Source: Akkermansiaceae bacterium
GTDB taxonomy: Bacteria > Verrucomicrobiota > Verrucomicrobiia > Verrucomicrobiales > Akkermansiaceae
Assembly (NCBI GenBank): GCA_051251915.1
Contig: JBPOGF010000008.1
Coordinates: 96,306-160,305, forward strand
DNA length: 64,000 nucleotides
Direction: 5' to 3'
The notes under the pieces were generated by a model, which saw nothing but the letters and a program-made list of their open reading frames with translations, was not told the DNA's origin and did not search any database. Numbering within the stretch: position 1 is the first letter of the stretch; each line of letters opens with the position of its first letter. A program made the translations under genes and the position numbers. Shown piece by piece: positions 61,971 to 64,000 of the stretch.

Positions 61971-63830
61971 ATGTTTTCCTCAGTCATGAATCAACCACCC
62001 GAACACACCCGCCATACAGCCCTCAACTCCTGGATTTCTAAAATGTCAGACCTCTGTCAGCCTAAGGACATTCATTGGTGTGACGGCTCTGAAGAAGAAT
62101 GGTCATCACTCACCCAGCAACTCGTCGAAGCAGGAACTCTTATCCAGCTCAACCCAGAAAAACGCCCTAACAGTTTCCTTGCTCGCTCAGCTCCATCCGA
62201 TGTCGCTCGCGTAGAAGAACGCACATACATCTGCACCAAACGCAAAGACCAAGCCGGCCCCACTAACAACTGGCACGAAGACGAAGACATGCGAGAAATC
62301 CTCAACGGAAAATTCACCGGATGCATGAAAGGCCGCACCATGTATGTCGTTCCATTCTGCATGGGCCCCATAGACTCCCCACTTGCTAAAATTGGTGTAC
62401 AAGTCACCGATTCAGTCTACGCCGTCATCAACATGCGCATCATGGCGCACATGGGAAAACACATCTTAGATCGCCTAGAAGGAGAATTCCTCGGTGAAAT
62501 AGACTCAAAACGCACCAAACCCGGCTTCTTCATCCCCTGCCTCCACTCAGTCGGAGCACCACTCGAAGAAGGCCAAGCCGATGTCCCATGGCCGTGCAAC
62601 GATGACAAATACATCGTCCACTTCCCCCGCACCCGTGAAATCTGGTCCTACGGATCAGGCTACGGCGGCAATGCCCTCCTAGGTAAAAAATGCCTAGCAC
62701 TCCGCATCGCATCCAACATCGCCCGAGAACACTCCTGGATGGCTGAACACATGCTCATCCTCGGACTAGAATCCCCTACTGGCGAGAAAACTTACATCAC
62801 CGGAGCCTTCCCATCCGCCTGCGGAAAAACCAACCTCTCCATGCTCGTCCCACCAGAAAAATACACCAAAGCTGGCTGGAAAACCACCATCATCGGTGAC
62901 GACATCGCCTGGCTCTGGCCACACGAGGACGGTAAACTCCACGCCATCAACCCAGAAACCGGCTACTTCGGCGTCGCTCCAGGCACCTCATGGAATTCAA
63001 ATCCCAACGCCATGGAATCCATGAAGGCCAACTGCATTTTCACCAACGTCGCCCTAACAGACGATGGCGACGTCTGGTGGGAAGGACTCAGCAAAGAACC
63101 ACCATCCCACCTCATCGACTGGACCGGCCAAGAATGGACCCCTGACTGCGGAAGAAAAGCAGCACACCCCAACGCCAGATTCACAGCCCCAGCCCACCAG
63201 TGCCCAACAATTGATCCAGAGTGGCAAAACCCAGACGGAGTACCCATCTCTGCCATCATCTTCGGAGGCCGCCGCCCCACCACCATGCCCCTCGTCTACC
63301 AAGCATTCAACTGGTCACACGGCGTCTACATCGGCGCCACCATGGGCTCAGAAACCACCGCAGCAGCATCTGGCGCAGTCGGCCAAGTCCGCCGTGACCC
63401 CATGGCCATGCTCCCATTCTGTGGCTACAACATGGGCAACTATTTCTCTAACTGGCTACAAATAGGTCACAAAATCAAGAACCTCCCTCGCTTCTTCCAC
63501 GTAAACTGGTTCCGACTAGACAAAGATGGTAACTTCCTATGGCCAGGCTTCGGCGACAACATGCGCGTCCTAGAATGGATCGCAGATCGCTGCCACGGCA
63601 GAGTCGCCGGACACGAAACCCAGATCGGCTGGACCCCACACTTCGAGGACTTCGACACCGACGGCCTAGAAAACTTCACCGAAGCAGACTTCAACAAAGC
63701 AATGGAATTCAACAAAGACGAATGGCAAAAAGAAATCATCTCACAAGGTGAACTCTTCCTCAAACTCTACGACACCATGCCAAAAGAACTCATCTTCCAA
63801 AAAGAACTCCTAGCCGCAAGACTCACCTAA
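61971..63830 (+). CDS. pckG: GTP-dependent phosphoenolpyruvate carboxykinase
   Basis: [59 protein letters not shown]; start may be the ATG at 61986. Confidence 0.96.
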   Translation: MFSSVMNQPPEHTRHTALNSWISKMSDLCQPKDIHWCDGSEEEWSSLTQQLVEAGTLIQLNPEKRPNSFLARSAPSDVARVEERTYICTKRKDQAGPTNNWHEDEDMREILNGKFTGCMKGRTMYVVPFCMGPIDSPLAKIGVQVTDSVYAVINMRIMAHMGKHILDRLEGEFLGEIDSKRTKPGFFIPCLHSVGAPLEEGQADVPWPCNDDKYIVHFPRTREIWSYGSGYGGNALLGKKCLALRIASNIAREHSWMAEHMLILGLESPTGEKTYITGAFPSACGKTNLSMLVPPEKYTKAGWKTTIIGDDIAWLWPHEDGKLHAINPETGYFGVAPGTSWNSNPNAMESMKANCIFTNVALTDDGDVWWEGLSKEPPSHLIDWTGQEWTPDCGRKAAHPNARFTAPAHQCPTIDPEWQNPDGVPISAIIFGGRRPTTMPLVYQAFNWSHGVYIGATMGSETTAAASGAVGQVRRDPMAMLPFCGYNMGNYFSNWLQIGHKIKNLPRFFHVNWFRLDKDGNFLWPGFGDNMRVLEWIADRCHGRVAGHETQIGWTPHFEDFDTDGLENFTEADFNKAMEFNKDEWQKEIISQGELFLKLYDTMPKELIFQKELLAARLT

Positions 63831-63837
63831 CACCCAC

Positions 63838-63929
63838 CCCCAAAAAAAGGGGCAAACTACACCACCCTAGGCAACGAAATCCCCACCGCCCCAATGGGGC
63901 AAACTATGTTAGCCTAGGGCAACGCCCTG
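63838..63929 (+). repeat. Two tandem REP-like palindromic units
   Basis: CCCC-A7-GGGGCAAACTA...CCTAGGCAACG (63838-63876) and GCCCC-AAT-GGGGCAAACTA...CCTAGGGC-AAC-GCCCT (63888-63929). Confidence 0.6.
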
Positions 63930-64000
63930 ACTTTTACACAGATCTATTTGTGAACAAATTTTGATAGAATTTTAGACGTCTTAAAGTACTAGGAGGATGA

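Noticed and set aside
63991..64000. AGGAGG followed by ATG at the window end as a gene start
   Set aside because: No spacing between SD and ATG, and no downstream sequence to evaluate
1..64000. CRISPR arrays, tRNA/rRNA genes, transposases, integrases, prophage or defence genes
   Set aside because: None recognised by eye; intergenic gaps are short and show no regularly spaced repeats. A covariance-model scan was not possible.

Overview
A gene-dense 64 kb bacterial chromosomal window, probably from a Verrucomicrobiota/PVC organism. That assignment is inferred from the PVC-type beta-propeller/CxxCH proteins, the MoxR-DUF58-BatA-vWA cluster and a sulfatase. Left to right it contains: (1) a nitrate-assimilation locus (Ser/Thr kinase cut by the window edge; sigma-54 promoter; NirA-type nitrite reductase; a fused 4x[4Fe-4S]/DmsC-like membrane anchor; NarB/NasA-type nitrate reductase; convergent nrtABCD); (2) avtA, a large secreted dehydrogenase-cytochrome c-cadherin protein, a TPR protein and a sulfatase; (3) sdhC-sdhA with no sdhB; (4) an LPS/lipid A/core cluster with an embedded two-component system; (5) a PVC-type heme protein plus a ThuA-like gene; (6) a Fur-boxed TonB receptor plus DUF4198; (7) a MoxR/vWA cluster, a methyltransferase, ftsH, a TerB/FHA-like ABC transporter and GTP-dependent PEPCK. 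I saw no tRNA, rRNA, CRISPR array, transposase or phage gene. The best candidate for an undescribed system is a membrane-anchored, possibly quinol-fed assimilatory nitrate/nitrite reductase module next to a membrane-bound kinase. Smaller signals include an ERIC/Correia-like miniature palindromic element, REP-like repeats, several active-site substitutions and an extreme strand-wide C>>G skew that relaxes over a few islands. All calls come from motif recognition by eye; no searches were run.
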